From an uncultured Candidatus Actinomarina sp. (GTDB taxonomy: Bacteria; Actinomycetota; Acidimicrobiia; Actinomarinales; Actinomarinaceae): 64,000 nucleotides of DNA. The DNA lies in assembly GCA_902565645.1 (NCBI GenBank), contig CACFFJ010000003.1:41969-105968 (forward strand). Direction: 5' to 3'. How positions within the stretch are numbered: position 1 is the stretch's first letter; each line of letters opens with the position of its first letter. Below the pieces are notes generated by a model. That model did not search any database and had not been told where the DNA came from. It saw only the letters and a list, made by a program, of their open reading frames with translations. The position numbers and the translations under genes were made by a program. Positions 38,270 through 46,757 of this stretch are shown here, one piece after another.

Positions 38270-39442
38270 TTATATTATTAAAGTGCCCTCTTCTTCTTTA
38301 ATAATGTGCTCTTCATTTACTTTATATTGCTTACCTTCCATGGTGTCTAACCTTATTTCTAATCCATCCAACTTAACTAATACGGCATCATTATCTAGAA
38401 TTTCAATAATTTTAACTTTTCTTCCCTCAAATGAAGTCATTGCACTTGTGTCTGTAGTTAGTCTAGACCTGATAACTGTTGGTATTGCTATAAAGTAAAA
38501 GGATGCTAATCCAAATGAAACTAGGCCTAATAAAATTGGATTAACGTTTACTTCATAATCATTAAACATTGAAAGTGAGGATAGGAATAGTAATGCAAAT
38601 GCCCCAATACCTAAAAAGGAGAAGTAACCCCTTGAAAGAATCTTGATATAGATTAAAAATGCAACAATAAATAAACCGATTCCAAAATAATTTATCCCAA
38701 ACTCTTCAAATGGCATTGACGAGAGAAGAATCAAACTGCCTCCTATAAATGCCATTAAGCCTGGACCTATTGCAAAAAGCTCTAATCCTACAAGTGCAAA
38801 TCCAAGAACAAAAAATAAATAAGTGAATACAGGGTTTGATATTGAAATGTAAAACCTTTCAATTAATGAGGGCTTAATAAATTGAATTTGGTTTGAAGAT
38901 AAGTTATTAGTGAGATTTAATTTTATAGATTCATTCGTTAAATTACTAGTAAAATTTTCTGAACTTAAATTCTCTAAGAAAGCTCCAATAGAGCCAACAA
39001 TAATATATCCTTCATAAATACCTTCAGAATTGGAGATTAATATAGTATTTTCATCGAAGTTACAATCATTTAAAGAGCAAAACTTTGTCTCTGTTTGTGT
39101 ATCAAAATTTACATTGATTATTCTAACTCCAGGGGTCAAACCAACAAAGTCAAAACTTTCTATAGTATCAAACTCAACATTTACTTTATATGGCCCCACC
39201 CAAAGTGCAGTAAAGAACTCTTGTTTTAAAATTTTCTCATTAAATCTTTTAAGTTGTTCAGAATTAAATTGCTTAGAGCTGTATTGAACTACAAGTAAGT
39301 CTGATTTTTGGTAATCAAACTCTTCAATATGTCTTGAAATAGATCTTGAATGCGCCGAGGAAAATATACCATCAATTTCAAAAATATTAATCTGCCCAAT
39401 GCTTATTGAAGCTAAAACTATTGAAAAAATTATATTTATCAT
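38270..39442 (-). CDS. NfeD-like membrane protein (degenerate ClpP-class N-domain, TM region, C-terminal OB-like domain)
   Basis: 390 aa. The architecture is a signal/anchor, a roughly 200-aa soluble domain, 5-6 TM helices and a C-terminal GRKVKIIEILDNDAVLVKLDGLEIRL beta domain. I could not find a catalytic Ser motif. Confidence 0.55.
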   Translation of the reverse strand: MINIIFSIVLASISIGQINIFEIDGIFSSAHSRSISRHIEEFDYQKSDLLVVQYSSKQFNSEQLKRFNEKILKQEFFTALWVGPYKVNVEFDTIESFDFVGLTPGVRIINVNFDTQTETKFCSLNDCNFDENTILISNSEGIYEGYIIVGSIGAFLENLSSENFTSNLTNESIKLNLTNNLSSNQIQFIKPSLIERFYISISNPVFTYLFFVLGFALVGLELFAIGPGLMAFIGGSLILLSSMPFEEFGINYFGIGLFIVAFLIYIKILSRGYFSFLGIGAFALLFLSSLSMFNDYEVNVNPILLGLVSFGLASFYFIAIPTVIRSRLTTDTSAMTSFEGRKVKIIEILDNDAVLVKLDGLEIRLDTMEGKQYKVNEEHIIKEEEGTLII

Positions 39443-39486
39443 TATTTATTTAGTCTAAAATTACAGGATAGTAATCTTTTAAAACT

Positions 39487-39816
39487 GTGAAAATATTATT
39501 AATAACTGATAACACTTGGGTTAAAGAGTCACTAGGGAAATATTTAGACTTTGACCATGAATTAGTTCATGAGAAAGAATTAAGTATTCCTGACTCTTAT
39601 TTTGACTATATTTTTGTTGATATGCAGGTTCAAAATAATGGTGGACCTTCAATAATAAGGGAGCTTAAAAGGAATGAAAGTACAAAAAACTCGTTTTTTG
39701 TACTATTAGCAGACAGAAAAGATGATGAAATACAAGCAAAACGCGTTGAATCTAATGGATTTCTGGTAAAGCCTATAACTAAAAGTAAATTAAATAATCT
39801 CTTTAATTTAAACTAG
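39487..39816 (+). CDS. single-domain response-regulator receiver (CheY-like)
   Basis: 109 aa with a GTG start. The pattern is KILLITDN, YIFVDMQV (putative phospho-Asp) and GFLVKPI (conserved Lys). Confidence 0.6.
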   Translation: MKILLITDNTWVKESLGKYLDFDHELVHEKELSIPDSYFDYIFVDMQVQNNGGPSIIRELKRNESTKNSFFVLLADRKDDEIQAKRVESNGFLVKPITKSKLNNLFNLN

Positions 39817-39842
39817 GATGCTCTAAAATCTAAATATATATA

Positions 39843-41099
39843 TTGAGTACTAACTTAGACATAATTCTATATTTACTAATACTTACATGTTTAGTATTTT
39901 CTGCCTTACTTTCTGGGTCTGAAACTGCTATTACTTCTATACCTAGAGAGAAAATACACCAACTTGATGATACTAAAAAAAACAAACGTATAAAACGTGC
40001 AAAAGATCAGATTGAAAAAACCATTGGTGGAATTCTTGTAGCAAACAATTTTGTAAACATACTTATGGCCTCATTAGCAACTATTTTATTCGTTAGGAGA
40101 TTTGGAGAAAGAACTGGAGGGGTAATTGCAACACTGTTTATAACAATGCTTGTTCTTGTTTTTGGAGAAGTAACTCCTAAGACAATTGCAACAAGAAAGC
40201 CTGTGGAATTTATATCTAGAACATCAATACTTATTGATTATCTATCAAGAATATTTGCACCATTTACTAATTTAATTACAGGATCTATAAATAAATACGG
40301 TACTAAAAACATTGGCGATATGGATGGAGATAATGAGATAACTGAAGCCGACATACAAGCATTAACTGCGTTGGGTGAGCAAGAAGGTCAAATACTTCCA
40401 GCTGAAAGAGAAATCATTGATTCGCTTTTAGAGTTTTCAGATAGACCAATTAAAGAAATTATGACTCCAAGGGTAGATGTTTTATTTCTTTCAACACCTC
40501 TTTCAATAAAAGCAGCTCGATCAATTGTTGATGAAAAAAGAATTTCTAGAATGCCAGTTTCTAAGAGTGAGTCACTTGACGATACCTATGGTGTTGTATA
40601 CGTTAAAGACTTGCTAAATCTTAAGGTGGATTCGGATACTATTGAAATTGAAAACTTAGTTAAAGATGTTATATATTTACCTGAATATACAACAGTTCTT
40701 TCAGCATTAAATATCCTGAGAGAGAACAAGTCAAGCTTTGCATGTGTTATTGATGAAAATGGCGGAATAGAGGGTGTAATTACGATTAAAGATGTTTTGT
40801 CAGAATTTGTAGGTGACCTTCCAGACGAACACGATCAAAGATTTTTAGGTATTAGAAGACTAGGTCCAGGACAATGGAGAATTGATGGGAAAACAGATAT
40901 TGATGATTTTGAAGAATTTTTTGGATTAAAACCAAACGAAAAAGATGTAGCAACTGTTGGCGGTCTGTTCTTAAGTCACTCAGAGCAACTTCCAAGTGAA
41001 GGTGAGAAAATTACAATTGATGGTCTTGAAGTTACCGTCTTAGAAATTGACAACAGGAGAATTGAGTCTGTTGTAGTAAAAAAAATAGCAAAGAAGTAA
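39843..41099 (+). CDS. CNNM/HlyC-CorC-family transporter (DUF21 + CBS pair + CorC_HlyC)
   Basis: 418 aa with a TTG start. It has an N-terminal 4-TM DUF21-like region (GSETAITS), a tandem CBS region and a C-terminal transporter-associated domain. Confidence 0.85.
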   Translation: MSTNLDIILYLLILTCLVFSALLSGSETAITSIPREKIHQLDDTKKNKRIKRAKDQIEKTIGGILVANNFVNILMASLATILFVRRFGERTGGVIATLFITMLVLVFGEVTPKTIATRKPVEFISRTSILIDYLSRIFAPFTNLITGSINKYGTKNIGDMDGDNEITEADIQALTALGEQEGQILPAEREIIDSLLEFSDRPIKEIMTPRVDVLFLSTPLSIKAARSIVDEKRISRMPVSKSESLDDTYGVVYVKDLLNLKVDSDTIEIENLVKDVIYLPEYTTVLSALNILRENKSSFACVIDENGGIEGVITIKDVLSEFVGDLPDEHDQRFLGIRRLGPGQWRIDGKTDIDDFEEFFGLKPNEKDVATVGGLFLSHSEQLPSEGEKITIDGLEVTVLEIDNRRIESVVVKKIAKK

Positions 41100-41128
41100 G
41101 ATTTAAATAATCAACTAAACTCAATGTT

Positions 41129-41401
41129 ATGGCATTGTTTTGGCAAATAGTAACACTCTTATCTGTTTGGCTACTTTATGGTCTAGCAGCATCATTCTTT
41201 GTAAAGAATGTTAATAGAAGAGATTATCTTTTATTAATTTGTTCTGGTTTAATTGGAGGTTTATTAGGCGGAAGAATTGGAAATATATTAGATGTCCCTG
41301 ATAATATATGGTGGCTTAGGGAGGTTATAAAATTTGGAATAACAATACTTTCCATGCACACGCTACATAATGTTTTTAAATGGAGAAAATATCAAAAATA
41401 A
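41129..41401 (+). CDS. small membrane protein (weak GlsB/YeaQ/YmgE resemblance)
   Basis: 90 aa with 3 hydrophobic segments and a Gly-zipper-like LIGGLLGGRIG. Confidence 0.4.
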   Translation: MALFWQIVTLLSVWLLYGLAASFFVKNVNRRDYLLLICSGLIGGLLGGRIGNILDVPDNIWWLREVIKFGITILSMHTLHNVFKWRKYQK

Positions 41402-41683
41402 TTATTTCTTTGGGATCCTTGCTACTTTAAGTAAATTTCCATTTTCATCAATTAGTCCAGCCCTTTTTGATAGCATTTTTGGGTTAAATGAAAATAAATT
41501 TCTTTTCCAGGTTGCAATATATCCATAACCTCCAACTACATCTAATTTATTTAATGCTTCTTCAAGCTCAGCAGTTGACGCAGCTACAGCAATTGGTAAA
41601 TCATCTTGATATATAGCATCCCACTCTTCTGAGTCTTTTACTTTTCCTGAATTAAAAAGTAAGTTAATTATGTCTTCAGTCAT
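41402..41683 (-). CDS. hypothetical protein translationally coupled to ptsH
   Basis: 93 aa and soluble, with no motif I recognise. The start overlaps the ptsH stop (ATGACTGA). Confidence 0.5.
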   Translation of the reverse strand: MTEDIINLLFNSGKVKDSEEWDAIYQDDLPIAVAASTAELEEALNKLDVVGGYGYIATWKRNLFSFNPKMLSKRAGLIDENGNLLKVARIPKK

Positions 41684-41936
41684 CTTTAGTAATTAACTCT
41701 TCAAACTTTAACATATAGTCATCTTCATTTTCTCCATTCAGAGTTAAATCAAATGAAGTATCTTTTTTAATACCAAGTTTTAAAATGCCTATCATGCTCT
41801 TGCCGTCAACTTCCTGATCGTTATAGGAAATAGTTACTTCTCCATTAAATTCTTGAGCTATCTTAACAAATTCTGCAGCTGGTCTTGCATGCAGCCCAAC
41901 TGATGATCTAATTGTTAAGTTTTTTGAAATTGACAT
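41676..41936 (-). CDS. ptsH: phosphocarrier protein HPr
   Basis: 86 aa with the active-site His in VGLHARPAAEFV. Confidence 0.85.
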   Translation of the reverse strand: MSISKNLTIRSSVGLHARPAAEFVKIAQEFNGEVTISYNDQEVDGKSMIGILKLGIKKDTSFDLTLNGENEDDYMLKFEELITKDD

Positions 41937-41940
41937 CTAA

Positions 41941-43014
41941 TTATTTTAACTTACTTGTATAAAATTCCAAATCACTATCAACTTGCCAATACGTAAGAAG
42001 GAATTCTTCCAATCCATTTTCAAATAATTTTTTAAACTCTCTAAATCCATCAACATTTTCGTAATTAAAATTCTGTAATAAATGAAATACTTCCTGAAAG
42101 GTACCAAAATTTAAATTTTCTTTTAAAAGAAAATAAAGTGGTCCGTGAAATCTTTCTGATTTACTAAATTTCAATATGGGGTTTCTTGCAACTCGAATTA
42201 AGCTGTCTTTAATCTCTACCATTGAGAATCTCTCTAAAATTTTTTCTTTATATGTATCTATATTCTTTGTTTCTTTACTAAATGATAAGTATGCATTTCC
42301 AAGTGAGTCTATTGCGTTTTTTGAAAATTCAATACTTTTTTCATCTTCAAATAATTGATGAATAAATTCCTTATCCTTGCTTAAGCCAAAATAAGCTAAC
42401 TGCAAATGCAGACCATTTAATATCCAAAGTTTTTTTGTAAACTCTTTTTCGTAATCACCGTAGCTAACAACTTCTGAAGGTTCCAACGGCGATTTTCCCT
42501 TATCCTCTAATATTATTGATCCATATTCTTCAACTGTTACATCAATTGAATCATGTAATTGCGGAGGTACTATTTTATCTACTACTGCATCAATAACATT
42601 TAAATTATCAATCTCAATTTTTGCTTCCTTATAAGAAGAGGAAGATGCTCTATATTTATTCTCAAAAGCAATAAAATCAACTTTTTTCTCTAATTTAGCT
42701 GAAGATATTTTCTCTAAAACATTTACTAGATGATCAGGCCCGACAGATGTTGTTATTAAGTCAGCCTTTTCTAAAGCTGATTTCAATTCATCCCGATTAT
42801 CAAGTTCAATTGCAGAAAAATTTGAAACTGAAATATGATCTGAAGTCTGTTTTGAAAAGTTTGAAACAATATAGCTATCAATTAAATTTAATTTTGATAC
42901 TAATTCATTATCTACATCTACAAAAATAATGTTATATTTATTTTCCTCAAGGACGGGAGCAATAAATCCTCGGCCTATATTTCCTGCTCCAAAGTGTACT
43001 GCTAGTTTACTCAT
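41941..43014 (-). CDS. mtlD: mannitol-1-phosphate 5-dehydrogenase
   Basis: 357 aa with an N-terminal AVHFGAGNIGRGFI. Length fits the MtlD family. It lies in the mannitol PTS context. Confidence 0.85.
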   Translation of the reverse strand: MSKLAVHFGAGNIGRGFIAPVLEENKYNIIFVDVDNELVSKLNLIDSYIVSNFSKQTSDHISVSNFSAIELDNRDELKSALEKADLITTSVGPDHLVNVLEKISSAKLEKKVDFIAFENKYRASSSSYKEAKIEIDNLNVIDAVVDKIVPPQLHDSIDVTVEEYGSIILEDKGKSPLEPSEVVSYGDYEKEFTKKLWILNGLHLQLAYFGLSKDKEFIHQLFEDEKSIEFSKNAIDSLGNAYLSFSKETKNIDTYKEKILERFSMVEIKDSLIRVARNPILKFSKSERFHGPLYFLLKENLNFGTFQEVFHLLQNFNYENVDGFREFKKLFENGLEEFLLTYWQVDSDLEFYTSKLK

Positions 43015-43439
43015 TAGCTAAAAAGTTCATAGATCTTATCTGCAGAATCTAATTTCCAAATTTTCTTTGCATCTTCAGGGTCTTCTATCAAATCTGCAAG
43101 TTTACTTAAAACATCCATGTGTTCATCATCTTTAGCTGCAATACCAACAATTATATATGCTACCTCACCGTTCCATTCAACACCTTTATGGGATTGAATA
43201 ATTGATATCCCAGTTTCATTGATATACTTTTTACCTTCTTCCATGCCATGAGGAATGGCTACCCCATTGCCTATATAAGTTGCAAAACCTTCTTTTTCTA
43301 ATTTTTCAAGCATTGAGTCAATATACTCTTCTTGAATATTTCCACTTTTAATTAATAAGCTTCCCGCAAGTTTCGTTGCTTCTTCCTTGCTTGAAAGCTC
43401 TTGTGAGACAGCAATTGCTGATTTTTTGAGAATTTCCAT
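43014..43439 (-). CDS. PTS EIIA component, mannitol/fructose type (EIIA-2)
   Basis: 141 aa with the phosphorylatable His in GNGVAIPHG. Confidence 0.85.
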   Translation of the reverse strand: MEILKKSAIAVSQELSSKEEATKLAGSLLIKSGNIQEEYIDSMLEKLEKEGFATYIGNGVAIPHGMEEGKKYINETGISIIQSHKGVEWNGEVAYIIVGIAAKDDEHMDVLSKLADLIEDPEDAKKIWKLDSADKIYELFS

Positions 43440-43442
43440 TAC

Positions 43443-43766
43443 TTAAGCTGAATGAATATCATTTCCTTTTGATAAGTCATCAACTAATTTATTTATTGCT
43501 GGATCATTCATAAACATATTAAACGTAACCACAACAGAATTTTCAGCTACCTCTCTTGCTCTGCCAGAAAGACCTTTGTGGGCTACTACAACGTCTGCAT
43601 CTGCTGGTATTAAGTTCACCGGAGAATGCTCAACATCAATCTCTAATCCTGCTTTAGCTAATTTTTTAATTAAGCCATTCTTAACCATTAAGCTTGAACC
43701 CATTCCTGCTTCACAAGCTAAAACGATTTTCTTTACTTCACTTGTAGGTATTGAATCTTTGCTCAT
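43443..43766 (-). CDS. PTS EIIB component, mannitol type
   Basis: 107 aa with the active Cys in IVLACEAGMGSSLM. A good SD (GAGGAG) lies upstream. Confidence 0.8.
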   Translation of the reverse strand: MSKDSIPTSEVKKIVLACEAGMGSSLMVKNGLIKKLAKAGLEIDVEHSPVNLIPADADVVVAHKGLSGRAREVAENSVVVTFNMFMNDPAINKLVDDLSKGNDIHSA

Positions 43767-43790
43767 AATTTTCTCCTCTTTCTATATATT

Positions 43791-43825
43791 ATATAAAAAG
43801 TTTGGGGAGGTAAAACCTCCCCAAA
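43791..43825 (-). terminator. rho-independent-terminator-like hairpin between the EIIC and EIIB genes
   Basis: Minus-strand RNA: UUUGGGGAGG-UUUUA-CCUCCCCAAA (10-bp perfect stem) followed by CUUUUUAUAU. It lies in the 81-nt spacer after the EIIC stop. Confidence 0.6.
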
Positions 43826-43847
43826 CAACATTTTAGCTTAAAGAAAC

Positions 43848-44909
43848 TTAAGCAGTTGGAACGTTGACATCAATTGTGTCTTCGACTCCAGCATCAGTTT
43901 CTGTTATTGGTCTTGCTCTTAGGATAATAGTACCTACGACTGCAGCAGCTACTGCTCCAATCAATACACCACCTAATACAGCAAAGTGTCCACCCTTAGG
44001 TGTGACAGCTAAGTATGCAAAAATACTTCCTGGTGAAGGTGTTGCCACCAAACCAGCTCCAGTAATCTGGAACCAAAGGTCAGCACAAATTCCACCTGCC
44101 CACATACTTAGGATCATAATTGGATGTCCTAATACATATGGGAAGTAAATTTCATGAATTCCTCCGAAGAAGTGAATGATAATGGAACCTGGAGCTGATT
44201 GCTTCCACATTCCAGTACCTGCAAACCAATAAGCAAGCAACAAACCTAGACCTGGTCCAGGATTTGTTTCAAGCAAAAACCAGATGGATTGACCAGTTTC
44301 AGCAGCTTCAGCTGCACCAAGTGGTCCTAATACACCGTGGTTGATTGCATTATTTAAAAATAGTACTTTGGCAACTTCAATAGGAATGTCTGCAAGAGGT
44401 ACTAGACCTGCGTCTACTAATGCACCAGCTGCATTTCCTAAGAAATCGGTTATTCCTTGCAGAATTGGACCGATTACGTTCTTGCTTACTACAGCAAGAA
44501 TTGTTCCAAGGATACCAAGTGAGAAGTTGTCAACCAACATCTCAAAGCCTTCTGGAGTTGCAGGTTGCAAAGCTCCGTCAACTTTCTTTTGTACCCATGC
44601 TGCCAAAGGACCCATGGCCATAGCTCCTAAGAATTGAGGAGTAGTTGATCCTACAACAATAGCTGTAGTTACAACTGCACCAATTACACCACCTCTGTGT
44701 CCATGAACCATTTTTCCACCTGTATAACCAATAAGTATTGGTAACAAGCTCACGATCATTGGACCTACCATTTCAGACAGACCTTCGTTAGGTACCCATC
44801 CTGTTGGTATAAAGAGAGCTGTAATCAAACCCCAAGCGATGAAAGCACCGATGTTAGGAATAACCATTCCTGCCATAGCACCACCAACGCGTTGTATGGA
44901 TTCTTTCAT
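43848..44909 (-). CDS. mtlA: PTS EIIC component, mannitol-specific
   Basis: 353 aa and polytopic. MKESIQRVGGAMAGMVIPNIGAFIAWG matches the MtlA EIIC N-terminus. It has no fused B/A domains. Confidence 0.9.
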   Translation of the reverse strand: MKESIQRVGGAMAGMVIPNIGAFIAWGLITALFIPTGWVPNEGLSEMVGPMIVSLLPILIGYTGGKMVHGHRGGVIGAVVTTAIVVGSTTPQFLGAMAMGPLAAWVQKKVDGALQPATPEGFEMLVDNFSLGILGTILAVVSKNVIGPILQGITDFLGNAAGALVDAGLVPLADIPIEVAKVLFLNNAINHGVLGPLGAAEAAETGQSIWFLLETNPGPGLGLLLAYWFAGTGMWKQSAPGSIIIHFFGGIHEIYFPYVLGHPIMILSMWAGGICADLWFQITGAGLVATPSPGSIFAYLAVTPKGGHFAVLGGVLIGAVAAAVVGTIILRARPITETDAGVEDTIDVNVPTA

Positions 44910-44940
44910 TTTTCAATCTCCTTTGATTGATTAATTAATC

Positions 44941-44956
44941 GTCGTAATTTTACGAC
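44941..44956. promoter_or_regulatory. candidate operator palindrome upstream of the mannitol operon
   Basis: GTCGTAA-TT-TTACGAC (7-bp perfect arms) lies 32 nt upstream of the EIIC start codon. Confidence 0.25.
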
Positions 44957-45075
44957 ACATCCATTATATTTATTTACTTTTCAGTTTTCTTTGAAAAAAA
45001 ACTGAATTTTTGAAATTTATGTAACTAATTTTTAGAAAAAATGGTCATTGTTCAGGTTTTTTTATCGAAGAATCA

Positions 45076-45492
45076 TTGATTAAACTAATGAAATTAATGA
45101 ATTTTTTAAAAAATGCAATAATTATAGGCTTTCTTGTTACGCTTTTAATAGCGATATCTTTTGGAGCAACAAATTCATTAGTTACTAACGCATCCAAACC
45201 CATTACTAATGCTATTACAGGATCTTTTAAGGTTTCTCCATCAGAAGAATTGTTTACTGATGAAACAATTCAAGTAACTATTGAAAGAAAGAAAAAAGAA
45301 GGAGCTGAGCAATTAATTAGTGATTGCTTAAATTATTATTCAGAAGAGTATCCGGAATATAAAAATATAACATGCAACTTGATTATTAAAACAAATCTAC
45401 TTATCGATAATAGTTGTCAATATATAGTTGGAGTCCTAAAAGAAGAAAATGGAAAAAATACAATTAGCTTAAATATAGATCCTGAGTGTTAA
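45076..45492 (+). CDS. N-terminally anchored or secreted hypothetical protein
   Basis: 138 aa with an N-terminal TM/signal segment. No motif recognised. Confidence 0.45.
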   Translation: MIKLMKLMNFLKNAIIIGFLVTLLIAISFGATNSLVTNASKPITNAITGSFKVSPSEELFTDETIQVTIERKKKEGAEQLISDCLNYYSEEYPEYKNITCNLIIKTNLLIDNSCQYIVGVLKEENGKNTISLNIDPEC

Positions 45493-45499
45493 CTTTAAG

Positions 45500-45778
45500 C
45501 TAATCAAAGATAGAGCCTAAAAGGCTGTCTTCTTCTGTTTCTATCTCTGCTAAAGTATCTCCAACACTTATAACAGAACCTTCTTCAGCATTTAATTTAA
45601 TTATTTTCCCTGTAAATGGAGAGTCCAAGTCCATATCAACTTTATCAGTTGATATCTCTGCAACAATATCTCCTTTGCTTACCTCTGAACCTTCCGAAAT
45701 CTTCCATTTCAATAGCTCAGCTTCTGTCATTTGATCAGACATTGCAGGTAGAATAATTTTTTCCTTACCCATTTTCAA
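45500..45778 (-). CDS. stand-alone lipoyl-attachment domain protein (E2 lipoyl domain only)
   Basis: 92 aa with the lipoyl-lysine motif EISTDKVDMDL. It ends in an acidic linker-like tail. No acyltransferase catalytic domain follows. Confidence 0.8.
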   Translation of the reverse strand: MKMGKEKIILPAMSDQMTEAELLKWKISEGSEVSKGDIVAEISTDKVDMDLDSPFTGKIIKLNAEEGSVISVGDTLAEIETEEDSLLGSIFD

Positions 45779-46757
45779 CCATTTTAATAATTGAATTAAT
45801 TATGTCTTCTTTTTGTGGTATAACTTTATTCTCTAGATGTTTTGCTGAAGGCATAGGAGAATGCAAACCAGACAATAATCTTGGTTGAGTATTTAGTTTA
45901 GTAAATGCATCTGAAGATACCACTTTTGAAATTACAGTTGTTCCTACTGAACTATCTCCAACCGCCTCCTGGCACACTAATAGTTTTCCAGTTTTTTCAA
46001 CAGAGCTAATTATTAAATCTACATCAAGAGGAGAGAGGGTAAGGAGGTCTATAAGTTCTACTGAATACTTTTCTAGTTTTTTATCGCTAATTGCCTCTTT
46101 TGCGGTGTTTACCATATTTGAATATGAAACAACTGTTATGTCTGAACCTTCCCTAACAATATTTCCTTTCCCTAATAATTCTGAGGTTTTAGGAATGGTA
46201 TTAAGTTGGACATCTTCTTTGATCTTATATATTAATTTATGTTCCATAAATATTATTGGATTTCTATCAACAAAAGAAGCTAATAGCAAATCGTAAGCAT
46301 TCTGTGGGCCTGATGGTGTAACAACTTTTAAACCTGGTACATGACAGAACCAGGACTCCAAAGACTGGCTGTGTTGAGCAGCCGCACCAGTTCCACCTCC
46401 GCTAGCTCCTCTTACAACTATTGGAACATCAATCGTGCCTCCATACATAAAATGTAATTTAGCTGCTTGGTTAACAATGGGATCCATTGCATTAGCTATA
46501 AAATCACTGAATTGCATTTCAACAATTGGTCTTGCACCTGTTATAGCTGCCCCTACTCCAAGTCCTGCTATAGCATCTTCGGATATAGGTGTGTCCTTTA
46601 TTCTATCTTCTCCGTATTTTTCCAATAAACCATCGGTTACCCCAAAAGCACCTCCATATATTCCAATATCTTCACCAGCTAAAAAGGCTTCTTCGTAATT
46701 GTCCAAACATAAAGAAATAGCCGACTTAATAGCTTGGCCGGTAGTCATTTCAGGCAT
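45765..46757 (-). CDS. TPP-dependent 2-oxoacid/acetoin dehydrogenase E1 component, beta subunit
   Basis: Homology starts at MPEMTTGQAIKSAISL..., then DTPISEDAIAGLGVGAA and HSQSLESWF. I set the start at the ATG at 46757 (ATGCCTGA overlap with the alpha stop) rather than the ORF-track start at 46850. Confidence 0.85.
   Translation of the reverse strand: MPEMTTGQAIKSAISLCLDNYEEAFLAGEDIGIYGGAFGVTDGLLEKYGEDRIKDTPISEDAIAGLGVGAAITGARPIVEMQFSDFIANAMDPIVNQAAKLHFMYGGTIDVPIVVRGASGGGTGAAAQHSQSLESWFCHVPGLKVVTPSGPQNAYDLLLASFVDRNPIIFMEHKLIYKIKEDVQLNTIPKTSELLGKGNIVREGSDITVVSYSNMVNTAKEAISDKKLEKYSVELIDLLTLSPLDVDLIISSVEKTGKLLVCQEAVGDSSVGTTVISKVVSSDAFTKLNTQPRLLSGLHSPMPSAKHLENKVIPQKEDIINSIIKMVENG

Noticed and set aside
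34970-38270. Search for tRNA-Sec (selC) or a SECIS-bearing gene next to selA/selB.
   Set aside because: All gaps in this stretch are under 80 nt and contain no cloverleaf with a UCA anticodon. No neighbouring ORF is interrupted by an in-frame TGA. Absence from the window says nothing about the rest of the genome.
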